Source of the DNA: Klebsormidium nitens
Lineage: Eukaryota > Plantae > Klebsormidiophyceae
Direction: 5' to 3'
Length of the DNA stretch: 64,000 nt
Assembly: GCA_000708835.1 (NCBI GenBank)
Contig: DF237277.1
Span: forward strand, 37,949 to 101,948
Part shown: positions 44,601 through 56,900 of the stretch, piece by piece
Layout of the letters: each line of letters opens with the position of its first letter
Position numbering within the stretch: the first letter of the stretch is position 1
Translations under genes and position numbers: made by a program
The notes under the pieces: generated by a model
What the model was told of the DNA's origin: nothing
The model's database searches: none
Seen by the model: the letters and a program-made list of their open reading frames with translations, nothing else

Positions 44601-44849
44601 CAGCGAGGCATTGACACGAAGAGGGGCCCACAGCTGGCGCGGACCATAAACTGCGTAAAGTGCTACTGTATTGATACCTTCTTCACGTCCTTGTGCGTTG
44701 ACCTGGCCTCAACTCTTGCCACGTGCCTTGCTCTTCCGGGGAATAAGTGCTCTAACTTCTGATCCATTTTGGTGCTCAGGTCCCACGCCTCGCGATCCGC
44801 AATCATTGGTGTACCGAACTGCAGAACGAAAAATTGCATTTGTCCTCCA

Positions 44850-45650
44850 GTGCGATCAATGCACGTCTGACAACTGATACATACAAAGTTCCGTGCGCGC
44901 GCGAGAGGGCGCGCGTGGACGCATCTCTGGAAGACGTTCCGCTCTACCACCGGCTCCTCGGCCCTTTTGAAACTGCGCGAACAAACATGACGACATCAGC
45001 TGCTTGATTGATTTTTCCGTGATCGTGCGCACGAAAGGGGCGCAGCCCAATCACGTACCCGTTCCGTGTCACTCTTCACGTCCGCCGGCCGCTGGCCGCT
45101 CGTGCTCGCAGGACTGCAAGAACGAGCATGACGTCAGCAGGTGGCGAAAATGTCAGAAGCAATTGTGCTCGAGCCAGCCCGGTCTTGCGCGCACGCGGAA
45201 AGTGGCGCGGCCCAAATAGACGTCCTGCTCCATGGCACCTGCCGCTCACGGTTGCAGATTTGCGCAAGAGGAGATGACGTCAGCATGGGCGAAATGACAG
45301 TATTAGCTTTGGTCAAACCCCCATCCCGTGTTTGCGCGCGTGGGGGGGACGAGGCCCAAAAAAACGGTCTGGCCCCACGGCCACCGACCGCTCGCGGTCG
45401 CAGAACTGCGAGCAAGAATGACGTCAGCAAGCGCGACCACATAAGAACAATCTCGGTCGAGCTCTCCCCATCTGCGCCGGCGTGCGGGAGCGGCGCAACC
45501 TGGACGCGTCCCCGATAACCTACTTCTAGCGGCTGCTCGCCATCGGAACCACGCAAGCAAACGTGACATTAGCAAGCGCGGTCTAAGCTTGTTTACGATC
45601 GGCTGCCACCTTTTCTTGGCTGGGTGCGACAAAACGTGACGACAAAAGAG
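44850..45650 (+). repeat. Degenerate ~145-bp tandem array, each unit anchored by TGACGTCAGC
   Basis: TGACGTCAGCA at 45129, 45275 and 45419; variants at 44991 and 45564 (spacings 138, 146, 144, 145). Units share TGCGCGC, GGCCCAAA and CCGCTC.CGGT.GCAGA blocks. Confidence 0.75.
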
Positions 45651-48600
45651 AAGTTCTACTCAGCACGACAGCCGCAAAGAATGCAAGTCTTCCGATGGGG
45701 ACGCTAACCCTCAGATGGTGGTGGTGATTGATTTGAAATGGCACTGAATGCTTACCACGTTTCCAATAAGCAGCTGCGTCATCCTAGAGCTCCTCCTCGC
45801 CTTCGCTTGCTTGGCGGCAGAGGCGACCTGCCATCAGGACGAAAACTCTGTTGAGTAGACAGATTACCTGACCTACATAATGCGAAATTGACGCTGCTGC
45901 ATCTAATCCGTATGAATCTCTCACAATCCATTGTTGGACAATTCACATGCGAAGACAGACACAATTTGAGTCAAGCTTGCAAACGCGTTCTGATCAGCGA
46001 CACGATCGGAGCAGTGAGCCGTTACTTACTTCCTGCAAAGTTTGAGATTCACGACCTCGCTTTCCAGCATACAAAAGGATGGAAGGTCGGTAAAAAGCAA
46101 GGAAGATTAGAAGATGAAATGGATTGCGAATCTTCACATCCCTGTGCGTCGACCTTGCCAATGCCGCCTGGACTTCTTTCTGCCAGAGTTTCTTTTCTGT
46201 AGCGCGCTTCAGGATACCGCATCTATGCTGACGACAGTGTCACGCCGCAGAATCGGCATACACCTCATGTTAATTACCGCGTGCAGAATGAAAAGGCGCA
46301 TTCTTTTTCGATCGAATCAATCAAACGTCCGACGACAAATACTTACAGAGCTTGTGCGCGCGCAGCCTTGACGGAGCCGAGGAAGAAGTTCTCCTCCACA
46401 TCATTGGCTGCTCGCCCTCGTAGAACTGCGTGAGCACACGTGACCCAGCAATCTGCCCGAGCATGAACAGTGCTTCAAGACGAGGCGACAGAAGCAGCAG
46501 GTCAGACAGGAGCAGGGCTTGTCCTACTCCAGCTTGACCCTCCGTTACATCAAATATCCAACTTTGATACTGAGGACTTGCAGAAACTTTAAACCAAACA
46601 GGACACGCTCAATCAGCTCAAGCCTGCCCGCAGCCGGAAAGCCGTATCCACAATCTTTGCCTCCGCAACTTTTACAGGCAAGACACTGACAAGGCGCAAA
46701 AGTTAGACATGAAGTTAGGTCCGCGGCCTTAGATCCTCATATTCAACTTTCCCTCCGTCATTCTGATGCTCAATTTCTATTCAAGAGTTTCGTTGACAGA
46801 ACACAACAATTTTTCGACGCCATTCTGGTCCACAACCAAGAATTTGACCCCGAGTGTTCATACACATGACCGAGCGGACCGGAAGAGCACTTGGTTGTTG
46901 GACACGTCACCTTGTTGTATCCTCGTGGCGCGGCCCACCCAGGGGAGCGTGTTCTGCATTGCTCAGCTGCTGCTCGGCGGGGCTCATGTCGACAATAAGA
47001 GCGGTCTGACACGCGCCTCCCAAAGATTCCTGGAACGATCTTGTAACTGGTATCAGTGGGTCAACTGATATAGGAAACAAAGTCTGTAGCAGAATTTCTC
47101 TATTATATGTACCAGGATCCAATCAATGGTTTCCAATCCGAACTTCATTTGGAGGCACTGGCGTGATTTGACCGTCAGCGGTGCGTATTGGCAGCAACGT
47201 CAAAAACGATCAGAAGGAAGATTGGAGCTGTTGGCAAATCTCTAGAATATCAGATTACCAATTGACTGACAAGTCCTGGGTCTTAACAGTGCACTTTGAC
47301 TATGGGGCCCCAGATCAAACAACCGAGAGGTATAAATTGCTCTGCCGTCTGAGATGGACAGGATCGGCGAGGCCTTGCAAGAAACCCGCGAGAAAAGAAC
47401 AGATCGGGCGAAAAATGTTAGGTGCGAATAACCTATGACACATTCGCAGAAGCACCAAAAAGCAAGGTAAGTAACTCATGCCCACAGAAACCTCTTTGGC
47501 CATAACATTCCGGCCCCACCTTGAGCAGCTGACGATGAGCTTGCTATTGCTATAGGACACGTGGCCCTTCCCATCGACCAGCGCGCGGATGCAGCTGCGC
47601 AGCGCAAACAGGCTCTTGTAAATATCCGTGGGCTCGAGATTGCGCACCGTGCGCACGTACATTGCGAGCGCGCTGATTCTCCCCAGGTCAATCAGCGACA
47701 GTTTCTGCAGCAACGCGCATGCCCGTCAGACTGCGCGCTGCGCGTGGTCCTTTCGATGGAATTCTGGGGAAAGACACGGGTCAGGCTCCGAGTGGAAGGG
47801 AGATAATTGCTGTGAGCGGCGGGCATGCTGATGCCAGTCGCCACGGTGTGTGTGGTATAATTTTGATGAAGACGCATGGATGTCAATGATGTCAGCGACT
47901 TACCTGGATGGCCAGGACCATGACGCCCAGATCGCACGTGCTCTCCAGCATTGTATGCACCTTCCCCGCTCCCGTCGCGCCGTAACAGAAGACAGAGGCC
48001 TTGCGCCCTTCAAAAGCTCAACCGGGAGAGCAGCACTGTTGAAGGAGAATGGAAATTACATAGACTTCAGCTTAAGGGCTGGGCTTCTGGAGTAGAATTG
48101 CAGAGCAACAGCCTGATCAGGAAGCACGATTCTTTCCCACGTGTGAATCCTCGACAAGCGATCTGATGCATTTAACACAATCTGCTCCTGACAGAGCCCC
48201 TGTTCTTTTTAGGCTGCAAGCTTCTGCTAGGCATTCTGCTCAAACAGATCCCATCGTGAGTATCTGAAAATGTAAGATGGAAAAGAGAAAGCTGCACTCA
48301 TGCTAAAAACAGTGGAAATGCTTGAAAGTGGCAGGTCGCATAGGCCGGCCTTGCAATGGTTACACAGAAGAATCCAACTCAAAGGAGACGATAGTGGCAC
48401 ATTGATCACATATGCCGGTGACTGTTTGTCAAGAGTCTAAGTTGGTCTCAGTCCTGACTCACACAAATTGAATGTTCACTTGCATTTGCTTGAAGATGAC
48501 GAGCTGGCTAGCCACAAAAAGTCAAAGAAAGAGATTTAAATCCTACGCAAACTCTTCTAAATGCCCACACAGTTTCTTGTTCTGTTGTGCCCTCACCTGG

Positions 48601-49134
48601 CCCAGAACCGATATCAATCTGCGCAGCTTGTCGTCCTGTTCGTCTACCTTGCATGTAGGCCTATTCACTTTGCTTGAAGACCTGCATGCAACTGCATGAA
48701 GGCAAAGTAGATCGACGTCTTCGTGGGATCTGCCAGATGTACGCCTTTTTCCATGGAAAACATGCTTTGCGAGCTTGCATCTTTCTTTACCAATGATCCT
48801 CCTGTCTGCACCTGGCACCTTTGAGTCTTTTGGCTTCTGCTGCTACACACCAGTAACACTCTCTGAGTGAGCAGGAACCCTGCGTGGGACCGCCTGACAT
48901 CAGCTCACTTCAAGACTAGAAGACTAGGTATATGGTCAGTTGCGAAGGCGTTTAGCATTGCGCTCTCGTGAGCATTGCGCCTTCCCTCCTTGTTTGCTGA
49001 GCTCTGAATTCAGGAAGGAATGGCTGAGCTGAGGAGCTTTCAATCCTGGCAAACTTTGCTCTGAAGTTGCTTGCAGCTTGAACTTGAAGCTCATTCAATA
49101 TTGCGCCCAGAGTGTGCAAGCCCCTTCAAAAACG

Positions 49135-49328
49135 AAACCCTAAAATACCACCTCGTTGAGGGTCCTGACTCCTTTATGGAACCTGCGAAGCGTTTCGTGC
49201 TGTGATATGACTTGTAGACTGTGACGCTGTCGCAACGCTCTAGAAACAGGGTGTAACCCTAGTCTGGTAAACCGTAAAGTATGCGCAGTGGGCTTTGATT
49301 CAATGCCAAACCTGCATGCAAAACCCTA
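49135..49328 (+). promoter_or_regulatory. Telo-box cluster (AAACCCTA-like x3) with TGGGCT site II
   Basis: AAACCCTAA at 49135, AACCCTAG at 49255, AAACCCTAG at 49321, TGGGCT at ~49289, followed by a GC-rich stretch. Lies inside the right arm of the CACTA element. Confidence 0.45.
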
Positions 49329-50882
49329 GTCCGGCGCGGCGCCAGCCTGGCCCGCACGAATGCCGGCGCGGCCGGCGCATGCCCGGCCACGCGCAGCAGC
49401 GCGGCCAGGCTCACGGCACTGGCCGCTCAAGCCGCGCTCATAACCGGTCCGGTATATATTGGCCTTGTTTACACGAGAAAGGCGGTCTACTTGAAGTTTA
49501 GTGCGGCAATGTACTTGATCTACCTTATGATGAGAAGATGACGTAAGGTCGCCTCCGTCCTTAAAATAGAGCTTTACCCGTTTCAGAGCGGCGGCGACAT
49601 GAAAGAGAGGCCGTTTGAGAATTCAGTACGTTTCGTACTTAGTTGTCTGGTTTTTCAGTACGGTCCCGTCCTACTTGACCGCTCTTAAAACGGGTCAAGG
49701 TTTATAGTGTAAGAGAGTGAAGGGAGTCCGGTCCTTTGCAGTTGTTGACTTATTGACAGAGCTTTGCTGCTCCCTGAGTGATTTCCGGCTTGAAAAGAAA
49801 GATCTAGGTGTAAGTGAGCCATCTGCAGAAATATGACACGATGGACTGCCTAAGATGCACGGGTCTGTCCAATAGAATAGGAGGCCTCCAATGGCAAACA
49901 CACGGTGAATTTTGGCCTTGACACTGCTAAGGAACTTGAGGGTCAGCTGGCAGCATGTTGGACTCTGAAACACTGCCAGCAATCCTAGGAGGTTTGTCAT
50001 TCCAAAGATTTGTTAGGAGGACAAGCATTAATCTCTGTCTGGGACAGACGTGTAGCACTCTATCTCGCCTGGTTCCCTTCTTGGCTACCTGATTGTTGAG
50101 GGTCAATTTGAGCAATCTTTTGAAGCCAAAGCTCGGCAGCCTAAGCAGACATTGACAGCCTCCTTACGTTAAGGTTGAAGGCCGCTTCTTCATAAGCATC
50201 AACATCTTTAATGACGTATGACTTTCAGGTGCAAACGCTCTTCTTTTCAGACGTCCTATTCTGAGAGTCTTTGCTCGTTGGTTGGCAGGCAAGAAAGCGC
50301 GAAAGTGAGCGATGCAACTCGACCAAAAGCGGAAGCCTCGGACCTCCCAAAGGACTGCACAACTCGAAAGCAAGGACGTGCTGCTAGAGCCGGGTAAGAC
50401 TGTTGAAAGGGGCAGCGGATATGAGCACGTTAAGCTCGAATCTTTTGGCCTTTTTGAGTCAAGAGCTTCTGTGCGGAACATGTAAGCACTGGCTTGATGG
50501 TGCCAGTCAGCCGCTGTGAGAACCTGTGGAGGAACATGAACTTCAGTTTCTTTGTTTCGAACCCTACACCGACTTTGCAAGCAGCTGAAGCCTGCCAGGG
50601 CATGCATGGGAGACACACACGTAGTCCCACAGTGATGGAAAGTCTTGACCAACCAGTGAGATTTTGGCCGAGGGCGGAGATACTGGTCATGCAGCCCTTG
50701 AATTCTACTATCAGCCAAGCGAAAGCGACCGGGTGACTAGACAGTCAGGTTGAGTTGTGCGCGCACAGAGTACCTACTGGTGTTGGGGTCAACACTGCGA
50801 AACTGGAGTCCCTTTTCTCCTTCCACAGCTTCCATCAGCTCCTCAGTGTCTGACACACAAACGTCAGGCTGTACTTGTGGGA

Positions 50883-52621
50883 ATGCCGTCAAACACACTG
50901 CTCGCAAGGACCGGGCCAGTTCTGATCCGAATTTGTCATGTGGCCCTGTCTATCCCGCGACGGTCACTCCGGTAAATCCCTGTTTTAGCCGTAAGTGGCT
51001 GCTTCTTCCGGTTGCCAAACGAAGATAGCGTTCTTGGCATACTTACTCATCATAGCTCTTGACTTGTGCAGTAGAGGTGACGCAGTTTCCGAAGGCCCCA
51101 TTCTGCCGTCCGAGTACTGCCAGCAACGCCTCGACGCCTTATACGAGCGCGTCTCTGCCTGCCGCGAGGAGTTCATCGGCTATCCGCTCAACCTCGACTT
51201 CGACTACAGCGAAGTCCTCGCCCCTTTCCTGCGCTTCTCTCTAAATAACGTCGGCGATCCGTATCAGCGCGTGCCCACCAACCTAAGTGCGCTGCAAACT
51301 CACGACTTCGAGCGCGAGGTTCTGGAGATCTTCTGCGGGCTGACGGGGGGATCCCCCGCTGACGTGTCGGGGTACGTCACTAACGGGGGCACCGAGGGCA
51401 ACATGTATGGGCTGTACTTGGCGCGCGAGGTGCTGCCACGTGGCATCGTCTACTTCTCCGACGCGTGTCATTACAGTGTCTTCAAAATCTTGCGGGTACT
51501 CCAGATGAGGAGTGTGCGGATCCGGACCGACGGGCGGGGCGAGATGGACTACAACCACCTGCGAGAAACCTTACAGGTACGTTGAAATAAGCGGTCTCGA
51601 AAATCTGATTGAAAGTGAAAATTGATACTTGATTTATATGCCTCCGTCCTTCTGGGCTGCTTAAAGACCGGCCAATTCTGTTGTACCAGCTTCGAAGCGG
51701 ACCACGGAAGCCCGCGTCCGTCCGCTTGTTGCGTTAGCCAGCGCTGGCGGATCGATGCAAAGCGCCGACGGAACGAAGCGTTTTCATTTGGTGCCGATGT
51801 CAACTTTAAATGGAGATAGGGTAAAAGATTACTATCTGCATTCGAAGTAAGGCATGCGGGAGCTTCTTTCTTTCGCCGATGTGTTTTGCTCATACCATCG
51901 CATCGGCGTTCGAACCCGCTGCCGCAAGTGTGGTGTTACATTGACAAACCAGAGTTAACGGTAAGACTTTGGGAAAACCGTTTTGACATCCCCGTCCCTG
52001 TCGCAGGCCAATCGCGACTTGCCGGCCATTGTCTTCGCCAACATCGGCTCCACCATGACGGGCGCCATCGACAGCCTGCCGCGCATCAAAGCCGCCGTCT
52101 CCGAGGCGGCCACATGCCGCTCGTACATTCACTGCGACGCGGCGCTGAGCGGCTTCGTGCTGCCCTTCGCCCCCAATCCGCAGCCCTTTGGCTTTTCAGA
52201 CGGCGCCGATAGCATATCCGTTAGCGGCCACAAGCTTATCGGTTCGCCGATCCCCTGCGGCGTGGTCCTCGCACGGCGCTGCCACGTGGAGGGCATTGGC
52301 AGCAACATTGAGTATGTGGGCGCGCTAGACACGACGCTCTCGGGCTCGCGCAACGGTCTCACCCCGCTAGTGCTGTGGTACGCTTTTCGCAGTCGGGGCA
52401 TTCGAACGGTCCGGGACATGGTGCGCAGGGCCCTCGACGTGGCGGCATATGCCACGGAGCAACTGCGCGCGGCGGGCGTCGACGCGTGGCGGCACGAGAA
52501 CTCACTCATTGTCGTCTTTCCCCGCCCCTCGGAGTGCCTTGTCAAGCGCTGGCACCTCGCTGCCCAAGCAGACATCGCGCATCTAGTTACGATGCCGCAC
52601 GTCAGCCGGAATCAGGGTTGA
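50883..52621 (+). CDS. Group II PLP-dependent decarboxylase, bacterial histidine-decarboxylase-like
   Basis: Exons 51072-51576 and 52007-52621 are firm; exon 50883-50971 (intron 50972-51071, phase 2) is inferred. Motifs: IGYPLNLDFDY, FSLNNVGDP, GYVTNGGTEGN, HYSVFK, HCDAALSG, SISVSGHK (PLP Lys), GSRNG. The C-terminus appears frameshifted at 52615-17, and the alternative frame stops at 52692-94. Confidence 0.9.
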
Positions 52622-53986
52622 CGCTTTTGTAGCCGACATGCGGAAACTTTGGTCCGGAACGGAAGCAAGAGCCGCTCTACACCAGATGAGCTAGATCGAG
52701 GATTGGGGCTAGGATAGACACTGCCGGCAGGTTCTGAGCCTTAGACGAAGTTTTAATGTCAATATATAAACAGTCGATTTTGCGAAAAAGAAAGTTGAAA
52801 AAATCTGAACGAGCTGCATGACAACGGGCTATCCGCCTCATGAGGAGCTAATTTATAAGTTCCATGAAAACACGCCCATACAATCTGGGAAAGAGCACCG
52901 AAACGCGGTTCGATCAACCGAGAGCCAGACCACCATGCAGGCCGCCTCTAGTTAATTAGATGTTTTTAGTGCTGTAGTAAGCTGCTAGTGGTGTCCATAA
53001 TGGACTCGTGAGTCCACGCTTCGACAATTTGTAGCTAGGGATCGGACGGTGACGATGACGCTTTAGGACTGAACAGGCCACTCCAGCAACCGGCAAACGT
53101 GCCACATTGCGACAAACTGTACTGCGCCAGCTTTATGAGTGGTCAGTAGACATCGAAAGCGTCAATCACGAGAATGTCGAAAAGACTCAATCATTGCATG
53201 TCTACATCCTCGAGATTTTGGTTGAGTTGTTTCATTCACTCAGAGTGATTGGATACGCGTGCAAGCGCCGGCCCTGACGTTTGTGCCAGGCGGGCGCTCG
53301 TGCTTTAGCGGCTCGACCGCACTAGCTCTCAATTGACTCAGGGCTCACTTAAAAAAGCACCATTATACAGGTGACGAAGCACTCGCCCCGTATGTGCTTG
53401 CAGTGCCGACACAAACGGCAATTTGGGGCAATTCTTCGATCCGAGTCCGACGTGTAAATAGAGGGATTCATTCCAAGGTTTATAGCTAGGACGTGTGCGC
53501 ATTTGCCGGCGCGCTCTATGATATACACGCCTAATCATCACACACCGGTATATTGAGCGAACGGTGGCTAGTGTTGACTGCATTTCAACGTTAAGCAAAT
53601 ACATTTCGTCTGGTGTCTAGCTGGGCCGGTCGAGATCTAAGGCCCAAATTGACTGATTGACCGTACTTATAGCCCGTGATGTGTGACTCTGGGGTCTGAC
53701 AGCATCTGATCCGAATGCAACTGAACGTCACGTTTCATCTGTATCAGCCCTTGACTCCGTTCGTCTTTCTCACGTATGGGGACTCGATCAATCGATCCGA
53801 ACTTTGACTATCTGGCTCAGGCTGCAGCCGCCAGCAGATCCTGTAACCGTCGCACCTCACGAAGGCGCCATCTCAAACACACGGACTCGCAAGAACACCC
53901 AAACCGACACACTTTCATCTATGATATAAGCAGGTCTAAATATGTTTCAGCATGCTTCTACTGTACAGGCAATCCCACTGCGCGCT

Positions 53987-56900
53987 TCAGAAAGGGCTGG
54001 CTGCGGTAGCGAGTTCTATGAGGAGCTCGGGAAGCATTCTTTCCTTGGGGAGGCTTGGCACAGGTTCTTTTCGGAAGTCGAGGTTGTCCGCTTTCATGAC
54101 GGCCAGAATGTCCTCCACCATTGGATCCGAGCCGCCACGCATGGGGTCCTGAACGGAGAACAGAGAACGGTGGTGCTTCGTTGTACTTCTCGAAGGCGAA
54201 GCAGACTCACCCCTCCTTCTATCAACGACTTGCAATCTTGACCCCACGAACGAGCACAGCACTCAAGTTAATGCTCCAGAGGTGCTACAGTTGTGCGATC
54301 AGCGAAACGCGCAATAAGCAGACAAAAGTCAGAGTACGGTAGGATTGCAACATCTACTTGCAGCGGCTTGAGAAACACCCTAAGCTTGGCTTGCGGCAAA
54401 CGGGGCGCCTGACCTCAATGATGGGGTCCGTGTGCGTCTTCCCTTGGTACAGCTTGACAGTCGCGGCGGCCCCGGCCTCTCTCAACGCGGCCGCAAACAT
54501 GAGGCTGCAGCACACAGCAAAGACTCGGTTCATGAAGCCAAACCGGTCGCTGAAGTCCTCAAGCAGGATTTGGCGACACGCAGAAAGCACGAGAGAGCAG
54601 GCTCTGATCCTCGCAGGGGCTTTTATGCAAGCTTTGGGCCGCAGTCCGCTCATGCCCAAGTGGCTGTCCAGAATGCCGGAAAGCGCTACGGTTTGGCCTC
54701 TGCTTCATTAAAGGCCCCGTTCAAGGTGCAACGGGAAAAACCGCTGATATTTCAGAAACGCCGAAATGCAGGGAGGGATGCCGAGAAGAGACCCACCTGG
54801 CATGGTGCGGGATGGACCGGTCGGCAGTCCCGTGCAGTAGAGTGATGGGCGGTAGCAGCGGGCCGGCGTCTCGTCGCTTGTCGGTGAAGGCTTTGCGGGC
54901 GAGGACGGTCGGGGAGTAGCCCGGTAAACAGTGGCGGCCCTCCATCAGCCTGAGGAAACAACGCAGACGGGGTCGATGCACGGCGGAGAGCACTAGAGCA
55001 CAGTCCTCAAAGTTCGAACCGGTTCGCTGAACGAGAAAAGCTGGGATACCTGGACCGGATCCGGACCCAAAGCAGCAAGGCGTTCTTTCCAAAGTGTCGC
55101 GATTGACGCAAGCGTCGTTGCCCGCATGTTTTCCTTCGCGAGGGGAGTGCTTTACGCTGTAGAGGATCAGTTGCAGAGTCCCTCATAGAGGCGCAACAAG
55201 GGGGAACTCCCGCCCCTCCCTCAATGAAAGCTGTATCGCAGCGTCAGACCAAAAGCGTTCTTGGGCGCTTCCAGTGAGTGTTCTTACGTCAGCATGATGG
55301 TCTTGTAGAGCCCCCGGTGGTGCCAGTGCTCCAACATGTCCTCGATGTCATAAGCGCCCGACACGCCAATATACGCCCGCAGCTGGGACGCATACCAGTC
55401 TAGTTCACGCCCCCCCCGCTCCTGCGGCCCGTTTGGAGCCGTTTTCATAACCCCGTTCCGAGGCGACGCTTTCGCTTGCTCCCCGTTTGAGGCGTTGCCG
55501 TTCGAGTTGGCTGGGGGCTCCGAGGAGGTATGGGAACTGGTGGAAAGTGTCGGGTTTTCAGGCGCCGTGGCCTGCGAGGGATCTGGCGGCCCAAAGCGAT
55601 CCTCAAGCCTGCAGCGCCAGCGGGACAAGCTTGTACCACTTTAGTCATAAAGCTCGTACCACTTTAGCAGGAAAACAAGGTCCAAAGTTCCGCGCACAGT
55701 TAGGAATTCAGTACCAATTCCGACTGGGTTGCAAGGTCGATGAAGTCCGACATCGCCCGCATTTCGTTTTAGAGGGCGTTGTGGTTGAAGGAATCCACGT
55801 GGCTCTCGCGGCTTCCTCGATGCGGTAACTCCACCTTCAATGTCGCTGCCAAAGTATAGCACGTGCGCATTGCGGCGACAGCAATAGCCGTAACCCTGGT
55901 TATCGGTCGCTGATCGCGGACGTGCCCATGCCCTCTTTGAGCAAAAGACGATGAGACTGGCTACTTCCTGTCCAAGACCAGTGTCGTTCCGACAAGGTAC
56001 TTCTAAATGGAGCTGTGCACAAACCATTATGAGCATACCGTCATTTGTGCTTTTGGCCACAGTCGGGAAGAAGACACTATGCTTACTTGGCGGGCGCGGC
56101 ATCTCGGAAGCGCACGTGCTTGGGCCCGTTGGCGCTCCGCTCCTCGAGCTCCGCCTCCTTAATGGCTTGCCGCAGCAGCGCCAGCGCCGTCAGGTGCGCC
56201 CCCGCCGACTGCCCTACGACGTACACGCGGCCTGGGTCGCCGCCAAACTCGCCGATGTTGAGCAGCACCCACTCGATGCCCGTGCTGATGTCGGCGACCA
56301 TGTCGCTTACGCTACCCTGGGGAAAGTTCCTGGCAGTAGCAGAGGAGACGACTTCTTCCCATGTGCATCAAGGGTAATGGAGGCGAAAAGGGTACAGTGG
56401 AAACCAGGGCAGGTGAGTGGAGGTAAGTAAACGATGCAGAACGACGTATCCAGGATGCCTGAGCTCTGGAACTTCTCAGCTTCAGTGCATGGCAAAAGTC
56501 ATGGTCGATTGTACTTACAGCATTTTCAGGGCAGGCTTCCCGGTTGCGATCGATAGATAGGGTCTATTTAGATACTAAATTTTAGAACTTTAGCTATTAC
56601 TTTGACGTCATCGAACATCTTTCCGCGGTTGCAGCCGGCGAGGTTGAACAGGAGTGATCATCGGACCATAGAACCTCAGAGCAGGTTCCATCCGACGCGC
56701 TGGATTCTTCCACGTGTTAAAGCTACTCACTAGGATGACGTCAGTTAATGTGGTCACGTAACTAAACTTACCCTCAACCTAGCCTAAGTTTAGACTAAGT
56801 ACACCCTATCTATCGAACGCAACCGGGAAGCATGCCCCGAAAATGCTGTATCTGCTGGTCGGAGCCGCCACTCACAAGGTGAATTTGAAAGGGACATATA

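Larger units (their letters stand above)
44256..49709. mobile_element. CACTA (EnSpm/CMC) DNA transposon, apparently non-autonomous
   Basis: Ends CACTATAAA...TTTATAGTG; 31-bp imperfect TIR (26/31 matches, 44256-86 vs 49679-709); 3-bp TSD TAA (44253-55, 49710-12). Subterminal repeats (CCGTTT..AGAGCGG / CCGCTCTTAAAAC, CAGTACGAAAC) occur in both orientations at both ends. No transposase motif recognised. Confidence 0.88.

Noticed and set aside
44850-45650. CRISPR interpretation of the periodic TGACGTCAGC array
   Set aside because: Eukaryotic context, an anchor of only ~11 bp, spacers homologous to each other, and no cas genes.
47181-47330. Chromodomain-like WQISRISDY...VHFDYG
   Set aside because: The aromatic-cage and W-x-x-Y pattern is incomplete; the resemblance is too weak.
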